Origin: Candidatus Moraniibacteriota bacterium
Lineage (GTDB): Bacteria > Patescibacteriota > Minisyncoccia > Moranbacterales > UBA2206
Direction of reading: 5' to 3'
DNA length: 64,000 nt
NCBI GenBank assembly: GCA_003483065.1
Contig: DMWY01000007.1
Span: 76,962 to 140,961 of the forward strand
Shown: positions 43,303 to 53,131 of the stretch, one piece after another
Layout: every line of letters starts with the position of its first letter
Numbering within the stretch: the first letter of the stretch is position 1
The notes under the pieces: generated by a model
Told to the model about the DNA's origin: nothing
Databases searched by the model: none
What the model saw: the letters and a program-made list of their open reading frames with translations, nothing else
Translations under genes and position numbers: made by a program

Positions 43303-44196
43303 TTATTCCATAGGGTGAATTTCCAACGCTAAATTCTCCAATACTAATCTTGGATTTGAATTAGTTTGACTAATAATTTCTAGACTTTTTTCAATATTGA
43401 GAATAAGGGCAAGTGATTTTTTTCGATCCAGCTGAAAAAAACTGAAGTCTTCCAAAATATTTTTTCGCAGAAGCACTACCCAAAAATTAAGCTCGTCTAT
43501 TATTTGTGAAGAATCTTTGCTTAAATTTTCGAAAAATAAAAAACTTTCGCTCAAGTCTGTGCTGATTATTTTCCCTAAATTATCTTGAGATTTTTTCCTT
43601 CTCTCAAGTTCATCTTTTTCTTTTTGCAAATTTATCGCTAGTCCGGGACGATTAAACGACCAGAATTTCAAATCCTCGACAGTATTTTTTTCCAAAATTA
43701 TTGCCGATATCTCTTCGTCTTTTACCAAATTAAATTTCTTGATGACACAACGTGATTTAACGGTGGCTATTATATTGTTGATATTTTCCACAATCAAAAT
43801 CATAACGGCTTTTTGAGGTGGTTCTTCTAGTGTTTTCAAGAGTGCATTTTGCGAAGCTCGACTAAGCCTATCTGCTTCGTCAATTATCACTACCTTATGC
43901 TTTCCAAAATAGGCAGAGAGACTCAGTTCGCGCTCTAATTCTCTAATTTTTTCAATTTTTATATCCTTCTTTTTTATCTTACCATCTTTTTCTTCTATTT
44001 CTGGAGAAATTATAATTATATCAGGATTGATTTTCTTATCATCCATTCCGCCGGTAATTTTTTTGGCAAATTCCAACGCCAAACTAAATTTGCCAAGATG
44101 CGCTGGACCAGAAAAAATATAAGCATGTGAGATAGCATTCTTCTTGATGCTTTTGTCTAGATATTTTATTATTTTTTGGTGGCCGATAATGCTCAT
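43303..44196 (-). CDS. holB: DNA polymerase III delta' subunit
   Basis: HAYIF.GP...GK, NPD, IIDEAD.....QNALLKTLEEP, TVKSRC. Confidence 0.93.
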   Translation of the reverse strand: MSIIGHQKIIKYLDKSIKKNAISHAYIFSGPAHLGKFSLALEFAKKITGGMDDKKINPDIIIISPEIEEKDGKIKKKDIKIEKIRELERELSLSAYFGKHKVVIIDEADRLSRASQNALLKTLEEPPQKAVMILIVENINNIIATVKSRCVIKKFNLVKDEEISAIILEKNTVEDLKFWSFNRPGLAINLQKEKDELERRKKSQDNLGKIISTDLSESFLFFENLSKDSSQIIDELNFWVVLLRKNILEDFSFFQLDRKKSLALILNIEKSLEIISQTNSNPRLVLENLALEIHPME

Positions 44197-44292
44197 AAAA
44201 ATTTCTAATTTCCAATATCTAATTTCTAATGAAATGCCTAAAGATTAAATTTAAAAATTTTTGGCATTTAAAATTTTATTGGAAATTGGTAA

Positions 44293-45426
44293 TTAGGAAT
44301 TGGAAATTATTTTTTTAATATACTCTTCCATCTCCTTTTTAAATCTTTCCTTACCAAACTTCTCCACACTTCTTATTATATATTCTCTGTTATAATTTTT
44401 TTCATTTTCACAAAATCTTCGAACGCCATCTGCGATGACTTCCGGCGCTCCGCTTTCAAAAAATTCTCCATTTTTCCCCTCTTCTATAATTTCAACTACT
44501 CCCCCATCTTTTATGGCAATCACTGCTATACCGTGCATCATCGCTTCAACAGGAGCAATTCCAAAATCATCCACTCCGGGGAAAATAAAAGCGCGAGCAT
44601 TCTCATAAATATCAGGTAATTTTTCATCTTTCTGAAATCCCAAAAATTTTATATTACTCTTTGCAATTTTTTTAAGTCGTTTTTCTTCCTTGCCAGTGCC
44701 AACAATCACCAAAGGCAATTCCAATTTGTTGAAAGCTTCAATAGCCTTGTCTATTTTTTTATACGCCGACAACCTCGAAACAATCAGAAAATATTTTTCA
44801 TTCTTCATAGCTGTTTCATGTTTCATGTTATATGTTTCATGATTCACTGGTGGATAAATTATCTCACTCTCTCTCCTATAATATTTTTTTATTCTGCTTC
44901 TCGTATATTCTGAATTGGCAATTAAATAATCCGGCCGATCAGCCGCTAATTTATCCCAGATGCGAAAATAACTTAAGATCGGGCGAATTATAAATCCCCA
45001 TTTTTCTTTTCTTTCATCACGCAAATATTTTTCATTATAATCCCAAACAAATCTCATTGGAGAATGAATATAGGCGATATGCATAGTGTCGAGTCTTGTT
45101 ATTATTCCCTTTGACCAAGCACCCGAAGAAGAAATGACTAAATCAAAATTTCTAAGATCAAATGACTCAGGAGCCGTCGGCAAAAATAGCAAAAAATATT
45201 TGAAACGACGACGAAAAAATTTTGGCAATTTTTGAAGGAAAGAGGTGTGAATTTCTCGATTGAGAAATTTTTCACCCATTCTTTCATTGTCATAGATTAG
45301 CGTATAAATCGGCGCGGTCGGGAACATTTCACACAAAACTTCCAAAACTTTTTCCGCTCCGCCATATTGATTCAAAAAATCATGTACTAACGCCACACGC
45401 AAATTGTTGATATTTTTTTCTTCCAT
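44293..45426 (-). CDS. GT4-family glycosyltransferase
   Basis: HDFL.Q.GGAE.V, H.P.R..WD, DDFGIAPVEA. Confidence 0.93.
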   Translation of the reverse strand: MEEKNINNLRVALVHDFLNQYGGAEKVLEVLCEMFPTAPIYTLIYDNERMGEKFLNREIHTSFLQKLPKFFRRRFKYFLLFLPTAPESFDLRNFDLVISSSGAWSKGIITRLDTMHIAYIHSPMRFVWDYNEKYLRDERKEKWGFIIRPILSYFRIWDKLAADRPDYLIANSEYTRSRIKKYYRRESEIIYPPVNHETYNMKHETAMKNEKYFLIVSRLSAYKKIDKAIEAFNKLELPLVIVGTGKEEKRLKKIAKSNIKFLGFQKDEKLPDIYENARAFIFPGVDDFGIAPVEAMMHGIAVIAIKDGGVVEIIEEGKNGEFFESGAPEVIADGVRRFCENEKNYNREYIIRSVEKFGKERFKKEMEEYIKKIISNS

Positions 45427-45430
45427 TATT

Positions 45431-46537
45431 TTAACTACTTAACAATTTAATAATCGAATTAGCACACTCAGTCCAACTAAATCTTTTGACATTTTCATAC
45501 CCTTTTTCTATTATAGCATTTTTGAAATTATTATCGCTAATTATTCTATAAATCGCCGAGGCAATACTTTCTGGCTCAGTTGGCGTTGCATACGCCACAC
45601 TGCTTCCACCCACTTCCATGAGCGAAGAAGTGTTGGAAGTCACCACAGGAACTCCTAAGTTTTGAGCTTCTAGAATTGGCAAACCGAAACCTTCATAGAA
45701 AGTCGGAAAAAGAAAAGTTTCTGAGTTTTTAATTAAGTTAAATTTTTCATCTTCTGGAACAAATCCAAATTCGATTATCTCATCTTTATATTCGCTATCG
45801 TTCATTTTGCTTTTTATTTCTTGATATCCAAAACCTGGCCTTCCAGCTAAAACCAACCTGTGTTTTATTTTATATTTTTCCTTCAAAATTTCAAAAGCCG
45901 AAATTATTCCTGCTACATTCTTCCTTTTTTCCAGCCGACTAATAAAAAGCAAGTATGGTTTATATTTTTTATATTGCTCACTGTCTTTTGATTCTTTCTC
46001 AATATTTACACCATTATAAATAACTTCAATCTTATTTTCCGGTATCCTATATAATTCAACTAAATCTTTCTTGGTATTTTTTGAAACAGTAATTATTTTC
46101 TTAGCCCAAAAGCAAGATAGTTTTATCGAGTAGCGCATATAGAATCTTTCCCAGATAGAATAAGCGTCTTTGACTATTTCATATTCTAAGCCATGCACAA
46201 CCACAAAGGTTTTTCTAGGATGAACTAGCGGTGCAACATGCGCTGGAATAAAAAGAACATCAACTGGATGAAGCAACATTTCCAAGGAAAGTCCAAATTG
46301 TGTCCAAAATCTTGGCCATCTTAAAACTTTAATCTTCCAATTTTTTGGCAATCCCGCCTCATCGGCGGACAAGTCAAAATCAATTTTCTGATTTTTTCTC
46401 AGATATAAAACAACCTGCGTTGTAGAGACAAGACACTGCCTCGTTTCTATTAAGTGTTTTATCACCTGGTAAGAATATTCTTCAATACCAGTTCTCTGCG
46501 CTAGAAAGGCTCGTGAACCGTCGATACCAATTTTCAT
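45431..46537 (-). CDS. GT4-family glycosyltransferase
   Basis: TG.E.Y, RKN, EGFGLPILEA. Confidence 0.93.
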   Translation of the reverse strand: MKIGIDGSRAFLAQRTGIEEYSYQVIKHLIETRQCLVSTTQVVLYLRKNQKIDFDLSADEAGLPKNWKIKVLRWPRFWTQFGLSLEMLLHPVDVLFIPAHVAPLVHPRKTFVVVHGLEYEIVKDAYSIWERFYMRYSIKLSCFWAKKIITVSKNTKKDLVELYRIPENKIEVIYNGVNIEKESKDSEQYKKYKPYLLFISRLEKRKNVAGIISAFEILKEKYKIKHRLVLAGRPGFGYQEIKSKMNDSEYKDEIIEFGFVPEDEKFNLIKNSETFLFPTFYEGFGLPILEAQNLGVPVVTSNTSSLMEVGGSSVAYATPTEPESIASAIYRIISDNNFKNAIIEKGYENVKRFSWTECANSIIKLLSS

Positions 46538-46619
46538 AAGCGATGCGAATGATGCGAATTACATACGAATGATGCGAATTATTCGTAGCATTCGCATAGA
46601 GTTTGTAGATTCGCATCGA

Positions 46620-47627
46620 TCATTTACTCAGCATTATTGTTCTTTTATAAAGTTCTAGGTTTTCCAAAGCGATACCGATACCCTTTATCACACAAAACAA
46701 TGGGTCGTCAGCGATATAGCTTGGGACTCCAATGGTTTTAGTAATCAGCTGATCAATGTTTTTTATAAGCGCACCACCGCCAGAAATAACCATACCTTTA
46801 TCCATAATATCTGCTGAAAGTTCTGGAGGGGTTTCCTGTAGAACTTTTTTAATAGCATTTATAACTTCACGCAATTCATCTTGAATAGCCTCTGTAATTT
46901 CATTCGAAGAAATTTTTATCGATTTTGGCAGTCCCCCAGTCAAATCTCGCCCGCGCACATCAGCATATTCTTCTTTCATTTGTGGTATAGCTGACCCAAT
47001 TTTTATCTTTATCTCTTCAGCTGTTCGATCTCCAATCGCCAAGCTATATTTTCTTTTTATATAATCAGCGATAGCTTGATCAAATTTATTTCCACCGACT
47101 CGCGCACTCGTAGCGCTCACCACTCCGCCTAAAGAAATAACTGCCACCTCAGAAGTTCCTCCACCAATATTAATTATCATATTCCCCGAAGCGTTGGCAA
47201 TCGGAATTCCCGCGCCAATCGCTGCCAGCATTGGCTCTTTTACGACATAGGCAGCTTTGGCACCCGCCCGAATAGCCGCGTCAATCACTGCCCGTCTTTC
47301 GGTCGAAGTCACTCCCACTGGAATAGAAATCATTACTTCCGGCTTAATCAAGCGAAATCTTCCACTAACTTTATTGATAAAATATTTGAGCATGGCTTCG
47401 GTAATTTTGTAATCAGCAATCACGCCGTCTTTCATTGGTCGGCTAGCTTGAATTGTGTCAGGTGTGCGTCCAAGCATTTCCTTGGCTTCATTGCCCACTG
47501 CCAAAACTTTGTTTTCCAAAATTGAAACAGCCACCACGCTTGGCTCATTAGCCACAATCCCCTTTCCTGGAACAAAAACCAAAATATTCGCTGTTCCTAA
47601 ATCTATCCCAATTTTTCGTACAAACAT
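46620..47627 (-). CDS. mreB: Rod shape-determining protein MreB
   Basis: GIDLGTAN, EPSVVA, AAIGAG, IGGGT; likely start MFVRK. Confidence 0.98.
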   Translation of the reverse strand: MFVRKIGIDLGTANILVFVPGKGIVANEPSVVAVSILENKVLAVGNEAKEMLGRTPDTIQASRPMKDGVIADYKITEAMLKYFINKVSGRFRLIKPEVMISIPVGVTSTERRAVIDAAIRAGAKAAYVVKEPMLAAIGAGIPIANASGNMIINIGGGTSEVAVISLGGVVSATSARVGGNKFDQAIADYIKRKYSLAIGDRTAEEIKIKIGSAIPQMKEEYADVRGRDLTGGLPKSIKISSNEITEAIQDELREVINAIKKVLQETPPELSADIMDKGMVISGGGALIKNIDQLITKTIGVPSYIADDPLFCVIKGIGIALENLELYKRTIMLSK

Positions 47628-47786
47628 GCCGATTTTGTCCGCGAAGTATGAGCGGGAACAAAATCGAGCATCCCGCACCAATTCGCAGTATTAAACTTTT
47701 AATCATTTTCAAACTAAGCCGTAGGCGATTTCCGTGAATAAATCCATCCGACACCTAAAATCTATTTTTGGAATTGGTGCTGGGAT
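47628..47786 (-). other. Conserved structured element, copy C (abuts mreB ATG)
   Basis: Same motif: gcc-gattttgt...acaaaatc-gagc, cccgcaccaattc, aagccgtaggcga, gaattggtgc. Confidence 0.8.
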
Positions 47787-47798
47787 AACATATTTTCA

Positions 47799-48122
47799 TT
47801 ATTTCCTAAATTCAGAAACTCTAAATTTACCATTGATTTTTTTCTTTTTTCTCTGCATTATTTTTTCATGTTTTTTCCAGAAAATATCGTCGAATTCTTT
47901 TTTTGTTATATTCTTACTAATAAGATTTCCTATTATTAGATTGAAAATATCTACATTCTCTTCTATGAAATCATTTTTCGATTTTCCCTTGGTCACAACT
48001 TCCGCTAGCTCCCCCAATTCTTCAATCATCAAATTCAACCTAAAAGTCATATCTTCATTGTTCGTGCCTTTCATTTTGAATTTCTTATGAAATTTTTCAA
48101 TCGCTTCGTAATATTTTTCCAT
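47799..48122 (-). CDS. MazG-like NTP pyrophosphohydrolase
   Basis: EELGELAE...EE.VD motif. Confidence 0.8.
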   Translation of the reverse strand: MEKYYEAIEKFHKKFKMKGTNNEDMTFRLNLMIEELGELAEVVTKGKSKNDFIEENVDIFNLIIGNLISKNITKKEFDDIFWKKHEKIMQRKKKKINGKFRVSEFRK

Positions 48123-48233
48123 TTATTTCAATTTAATATATCTTCCTGCTAAATAATTTTTGATAGATTCTCTAGTTGGTTGAACAATTTTTTTTGACAA
48201 ATTATCCAAGGAAAACCATTTCCATAATAATTT

Positions 48234-49505
48234 CTACTTTATACTTTCTACTCTTTTTATATCCGCCCCTAATTTTTTCAATCTTTCTTCTATTTTTTCA
48301 TACCCCCGATCAACTTGATATATATTATTGATAATTGTTTTTTCGTCGGCTAAAAGTCCGGCAATTATGAGTGATGCGCCAGCACGCAAATCAAAACTAG
48401 TAATTTTCTTGCCCTTGAGTTTAGTCGGACCGCTTATAACAGCTTGATGCTGATCTAAAATTTTAGCTCGCGCGCCCATACGCGCCAATTCATTGATATA
48501 ATTAAATCTTCCCTCAAAAATAGTGTCAAAAATCAAAGTATCTCCAATAGCCTGAGTGGCTAAAACACCCAAAGGAGCTTGAACATCCGATGGAATTCCC
48601 GGATAAGTTCGTGGATCAATCTTGGAAACAGCTCGTAGTTTTTTAGCTGGGATAACCTGAATTGAGTTTTTAGAAATTTTGAAATCTGCTCCAAATTCGC
48701 GAAGTTTTTCCAAAACTAAATCCAGATGATCTTCGCGAGTATTATTGATGATGATCGAGCTATTTGTAGCCACTGCCATAATAAGAAAAGTTGCCGCCTC
48801 ATTAGCATCGGGGATAATTTTATGTTTAGCGCCTCGTAAACTTTTTGAGCCTGTTATTTTCAAGGTGTGTGTTCCCAAACCTTCAATTTTAGCTCCCAAG
48901 GAAATTAGGAATTTACCCAAATCTTCTACGTGTGGCTCACAAGCCGCAATTTTTATGATTGTTTTTCCGCTCATTCCTGAAGCTAGCATCATTGCATTTT
49001 CCGTGGCCGTCACCGAAAGTTCTCGGAGCACGACTTTCGTAGCTTTCCTTTTTTTAGAATTAACACTATAAAATTTTTCATTTTGTGAAATTTCAATTCC
49101 CATCTTACGCATAGCTTCAAAATGTGTGCCGAGTGGTCTCTTGCCAATCACGCAACCGCCCGGATGATAGAGCTTGAAACCATCAAATCTAGCTGACAAG
49201 GAGCCTAAAAGCAAAATTGAGGAGCGCAATTTTTTTATCTTTTCCACATCTAACTTTCGCGGATCTATTACTTCATTCTTAATTGAAATTTTTCTTTCTT
49301 CTAGCCATTTTATTTTTGCTCCCATACTTTCCAAAATTTCAATCATGCGAAAAACATCTTCGATGAGGGGAAGGTTTTCCAAGATACATTCTTTTTTAGT
49401 CAAGATTGTCGCAGCCAAAATTGGCGTAGTAGCGTTTTTTGAGCCTCGCACATCAATTGTTCCAACCAGTTTTTTCCCGCCAATTATTTCAAAATATTGT
49501 GCCAT
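48234..49505 (-). CDS. murA: UDP-N-acetylglucosamine 1-carboxyvinyltransferase
   Basis: GSKNA, PGGC.IG.RP, SVTATEN, YPG..SD, DLRAG, DRGYE; likely start MAQY. Confidence 0.98.
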   Translation of the reverse strand: MAQYFEIIGGKKLVGTIDVRGSKNATTPILAATILTKKECILENLPLIEDVFRMIEILESMGAKIKWLEERKISIKNEVIDPRKLDVEKIKKLRSSILLLGSLSARFDGFKLYHPGGCVIGKRPLGTHFEAMRKMGIEISQNEKFYSVNSKKRKATKVVLRELSVTATENAMMLASGMSGKTIIKIAACEPHVEDLGKFLISLGAKIEGLGTHTLKITGSKSLRGAKHKIIPDANEAATFLIMAVATNSSIIINNTREDHLDLVLEKLREFGADFKISKNSIQVIPAKKLRAVSKIDPRTYPGIPSDVQAPLGVLATQAIGDTLIFDTIFEGRFNYINELARMGARAKILDQHQAVISGPTKLKGKKITSFDLRAGASLIIAGLLADEKTIINNIYQVDRGYEKIEERLKKLGADIKRVESIK

Positions 49506-49658
49506 TTTTGTCTTTGAGCGAAAGCGAGAAGCTACAAAAATGAGCATCCCTGCACAAATTCGCCTTTATTATTTAAACTACAACAAAACTAAGCCGTTAG
49601 GCGCCTACACACATAAATCTCATCAAAACTTTAATCTATATTGGAATTTGGTGCGGGA
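49501..49658 (-). other. Conserved structured element, copy D (overlaps murA ATG)
   Basis: Same motif with aagccgttaggcg. Confidence 0.78.
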
Positions 49659-49740
49659 CAAAACCCTTTTATTTAAAACAAAGCTACATATAGACTATAC
49701 TATATGTAGCTGATAAAATCAACTCGAATGAATTTTGTTT

Positions 49741-50985
49741 TTACTTAAAAAGATTTTTATAATTCTTCGCCCAATACACAATTCCACTATAATAATTATT
49801 ATTAAAAGTCCCTAAATAATTAATCGAGGCTTTCTTTATCGTTGAAGAACTATCTGAAGTAGCTCCGGCCTTTCTTAGTTTTATAGCCATCGCCATTACT
49901 CCGTCAGTAATATTCCAAGGATCAGGTTTTTTATGCCCAGTATTAGATGTTATTTGAGATTCATACCCTTTCCAAACATCTGACATGAATTGCGACACTC
50001 CCATTGCACCTCCTTGACCAATATATCCGCTAGGCGAACATGACACTTTTTTGTCTTTGTTGTATCCAAGATCTTTTACTATATCATAAAAAAGGTCCTC
50101 TCTTTTGTTGAGTAAATCTATTGATGATTGCCATTTCTTATTCTTTTTTAGAAGTGATTTGTATCTCGCCAAAGCTACTTCCACTACTTTCTTATAGGTA
50201 CATTGACCAGTGTTTGCTCCAAGATTTGTTTCCATTTTCAAAAATCCGTATAGCACCCCTTTTGGCACTCCAGTTTTTCCACTAGCATATTCTACTGCTT
50301 CCTGAATGTTTTTAGCACTATATGAAGTACCAGTCACTTTCAATAAATCACTTTGCAATTCGGCCAGCTTTTTTTGCAACTCTTCAATTGTCGCCTGAGT
50401 TTCAACAATATCACTTACTATTTCTTTTTTTTCTGCTTGTTTTATAACTAAAAGATCTTCGTGTTCTTCTTTTTTTTCGGCTAATTCTTCTTTCACAATA
50501 GCCGTCTTATCTTTATCTTTTCTTATTTCCTCTGCTACTGCAAGGAATTTTTCTTTAACATTAAGCATCTGATCGAAGTTTTCAAAATATTCATTAAATT
50601 TAACATCACTTAAGCCTAATGCCCAAAAAATTTCTGCATCCTCAGAATACATTTCTTGTGCATAAGCCATCATAACTTTTTTATTTAATGTGATTCTATT
50701 CTCAAGATTTTCAATTTCTTTTTCTTTTCTAGAAATTTCTTCTTTTGTTTGATTGAGCTGGTCTGTCGTAGAACTTATTTGCTTTTGAGTAACATTAAGC
50801 TCTGATTGATTTTGTTGCAGTTCTTTTTCTTCTTTTTCAATTTTATTTTGCAACTTGTTCATATCATCTTTGATATCAGATGCGTCATCTTCCGCTTGAG
50901 TAAAATTTATTCCACTGCCAAAATTAACCGCCGAAAAGACGATTATAAAAATAAATAATATTATTTTCTTGTTAGGGAATTTCAT
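49741..50985 (-). CDS. Secreted coiled-coil protein with C-terminal lytic transglycosylase domain
   Basis: Signal peptide, long coiled coil, MET.LG.N.G, GGAMG.SQFM...W, DPW. Confidence 0.85.
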   Translation of the reverse strand: MKFPNKKIILFIFIIVFSAVNFGSGINFTQAEDDASDIKDDMNKLQNKIEKEEKELQQNQSELNVTQKQISSTTDQLNQTKEEISRKEKEIENLENRITLNKKVMMAYAQEMYSEDAEIFWALGLSDVKFNEYFENFDQMLNVKEKFLAVAEEIRKDKDKTAIVKEELAEKKEEHEDLLVIKQAEKKEIVSDIVETQATIEELQKKLAELQSDLLKVTGTSYSAKNIQEAVEYASGKTGVPKGVLYGFLKMETNLGANTGQCTYKKVVEVALARYKSLLKKNKKWQSSIDLLNKREDLFYDIVKDLGYNKDKKVSCSPSGYIGQGGAMGVSQFMSDVWKGYESQITSNTGHKKPDPWNITDGVMAMAIKLRKAGATSDSSSTIKKASINYLGTFNNNYYSGIVYWAKNYKNLFK

Positions 50986-51079
50986 ATTCTTTGTAATTGA
51001 TTATAGCAAATTTTTTGAAAAAAGAAAACTGCCCCGAAATCTCGGGACAGTTCTGAAAATATTTACTATATTTCACCAA

Positions 51080-51760
51080 CTATTTCTTTGTTTCTTCTTT
51101 TTTAGCTTCTTCTCCCTCAGCTGGTTTTTCTTTCTTTATCACTCCCTCAACTTTTGTCACATCAGCTTCGACTTTTTCTGAAAGTCCCGTTAGTTCTTCT
51201 TCACTTCGAGGAGGAGATACGAGAGCCACCACAGTCTCCGGTTCGAGTTCAATCTTAACTTTTGGAGAAATCTTAAGATCCTTGATACAAATATGATCTT
51301 CGAAAGTTTTTAGACTGGTGATGTCAACTTCAATTTCAGACGGCAAATCAGCTGGCAAACACTTAACAGTAATTTCATCCAAACTTTTGACCAACACTCC
51401 ACCCAATTCTTTCACTGCTGGCGCTTCTCCGACATAAATAACTTCCACTGCTTTTTCAATTTCTTCATCCATTCTTACTTGGAAAAAATCAGTATGAATA
51501 ATATTGCCCATCACTGGGTCTTTTTGAATTTCATAAATGATAACATTTCTTTTGTCTTTTTCGTCGATATCGAGTTCAATCATAGTGCTTTCTCCGGAAA
51601 CTCTCAATAGTTTTGCAAACTCAATTGCATTGACCCAAAGACTTTTTGGAGTCACTTTTTTCCCATAAACTACTGCCGGAAACAATCCTTCTTTTTTTCC
51701 AGCTTTAGTCTTCCTACCAAAAACCTCTCTGGTTTTGGCTATCAATTTTACCTTATCCAT
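51080..51760 (-). CDS. rplY: 50S ribosomal protein L25 (long, CTC-type)
   Basis: PAVVYG, Q.DP....I.H.DF, GEAPAVK..GG.L, CLP.DLP..I.VD. Confidence 0.97.
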   Translation of the reverse strand: MDKVKLIAKTREVFGRKTKAGKKEGLFPAVVYGKKVTPKSLWVNAIEFAKLLRVSGESTMIELDIDEKDKRNVIIYEIQKDPVMGNIIHTDFFQVRMDEEIEKAVEVIYVGEAPAVKELGGVLVKSLDEITVKCLPADLPSEIEVDITSLKTFEDHICIKDLKISPKVKIELEPETVVALVSPPRSEEELTGLSEKVEADVTKVEGVIKKEKPAEGEEAKKEETKK

Positions 51761-51768
51761 GTTTTTGC

Positions 51769-51912
51769 CACTCTACCAACGCTCGCATTGCTTCGCTATT
51801 TGCAAATGAAATTACTAATATTAGCGCATTTTTTACAAATTATTTGTAATCATTCGCTTTAATTTGTAGCTTCATTAGCTAATAGTGAGTGAGACGAACG
51901 TCCTCTCAAGTG
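51769..51912 (-). promoter_or_regulatory. Putative L25 autoregulatory leader (5S loop E mimic)
   Basis: CACU-UGAGAGGACG ... CGUUGGUAG-AGUG versus GGAGAGUAGG / CCGAUGGUAC in this window's 5S rRNA. Confidence 0.55.
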
Positions 51913-51975
51913 AAATAAAAATTAAAAAAAGCTAAAAGCTTTATCCCTAAGATTTTAGCACAAATTCAGATTAAG

Positions 51976-53061
51976 TCAATAGAAATCACATCTTGCAACA
52001 TTCAATATCCTTTCCTTAATCTTATATCCCTCACAATGTTTCAGCACCCCCAAATACGATTGCAGACTTTGATTGAAGGATTCCTGCGAAATTATCCCAT
52101 TTTCCAAAGCATTCTTTTTGTTTTGAATTTTTTTGAGCATTCGTCTTTTGGTTTTTGTCCGTAAAATTCTGTGATATGGAAAGTTAACCATTCCTAAAAA
52201 ATCAACACCAGATGAGAAAGTTTCGATGGAAATTTTATTGGGGTGAAGTTCTAATTTCAATTCATTTTTCAGGAAATTTCTGATCAATTCAATCAAGCTT
52301 TCCAATTCTTTTTTATTCTCCGATAAAATCACAAAATCATCAGCGTAGCGGATATAGTATTTTATTTTTAGTTTGTGTTTCACAAATTGATCGAACTTAT
52401 TCATATAAACATTCACAAACAATTGCGAAGTCAAATTTCCCAATGGAAGTCCTACGCCAGAGAACTCCCTCTCCTTAATAAGGAGAGGGCTGGGGTGAGG
52501 TTGCGCTGGAGTATTAAAACTGCCAATCACATTCTCCAAAAGCCCAATAATATTTTCATCCGCAATATATTCTCGTAATATTTTTATCAAAATTTCATGA
52601 TCAATATTAGCAAAAAACTTTTTTATGTCACATTTCAAAACCCAGCAAGTTTTGGTGTTGTTTTGACTGACTTTATGGAAATACTCTTTGAATTTATCAA
52701 TAGCTCTGTGCGTGCCTTTGTTGTTTCGGCAAGAATATGAATCGTGAGTGAAAGTTTTGTCAAAAAATGGATACAATTTTCGATAAATTGCATGATGCAA
52801 AAGTCGGTCTTTGACTTTGGCTTTATGAATGTCTCTGGGCTTAGGATCATTGATCTTGAAAGCTTGATAACCGCCGTGTTTCCAAGTATGATTAGAAAGT
52901 TCGAAGTGAAGCGAGAAAATATTGTCCATCAACTGCAAAGAAAATTCCTGCAAATCTTTTCTGTTCTTTTTTCCACAAACAAATTCTTTCCAAGCTAAGA
53001 GTAAATTTTCTAAACAAATAATATCTTCAAATTTATGAGTCAATTGAATTTTTCTAATCAT
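51976..53061 (-). CDS. DGR reverse transcriptase
   Basis: PK.R.I, DRLLHHA, KGTH.A, CDIKKFF, GLPLGNLTSQ, YIRYADDF, GVDFLG. Confidence 0.97.
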   Translation of the reverse strand: MIRKIQLTHKFEDIICLENLLLAWKEFVCGKKNRKDLQEFSLQLMDNIFSLHFELSNHTWKHGGYQAFKINDPKPRDIHKAKVKDRLLHHAIYRKLYPFFDKTFTHDSYSCRNNKGTHRAIDKFKEYFHKVSQNNTKTCWVLKCDIKKFFANIDHEILIKILREYIADENIIGLLENVIGSFNTPAQPHPSPLLIKEREFSGVGLPLGNLTSQLFVNVYMNKFDQFVKHKLKIKYYIRYADDFVILSENKKELESLIELIRNFLKNELKLELHPNKISIETFSSGVDFLGMVNFPYHRILRTKTKRRMLKKIQNKKNALENGIISQESFNQSLQSYLGVLKHCEGYKIKERILNVARCDFY

Positions 53062-53083
53062 AATAATAATTCTACCTTTAAAT

Positions 53084-53093
53084 CCCCCCCCCC
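53084..53093. repeat. C10/G10 homopolymer
   Basis: Ten consecutive C between the RT start and the avd body. Confidence 0.85.
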
Positions 53094-53131
53094 AGCTACC
53101 AGCAGTATTTGAGAAAATAAAAAGTCTGTAT

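Noticed and set aside
47628-49547. N-terminal extensions of MreB (47681) and MurA (49547) in the ORF track
   Set aside because: They read through the repeat element in different frames; homology starts at 47627 and 49505
51976-53061. RT as group II intron, retron or CRISPR-associated RT
   Set aside because: The LGNLTSQ motif, Avd and the TR/VR pair identify a DGR; no maturase domain or cas genes
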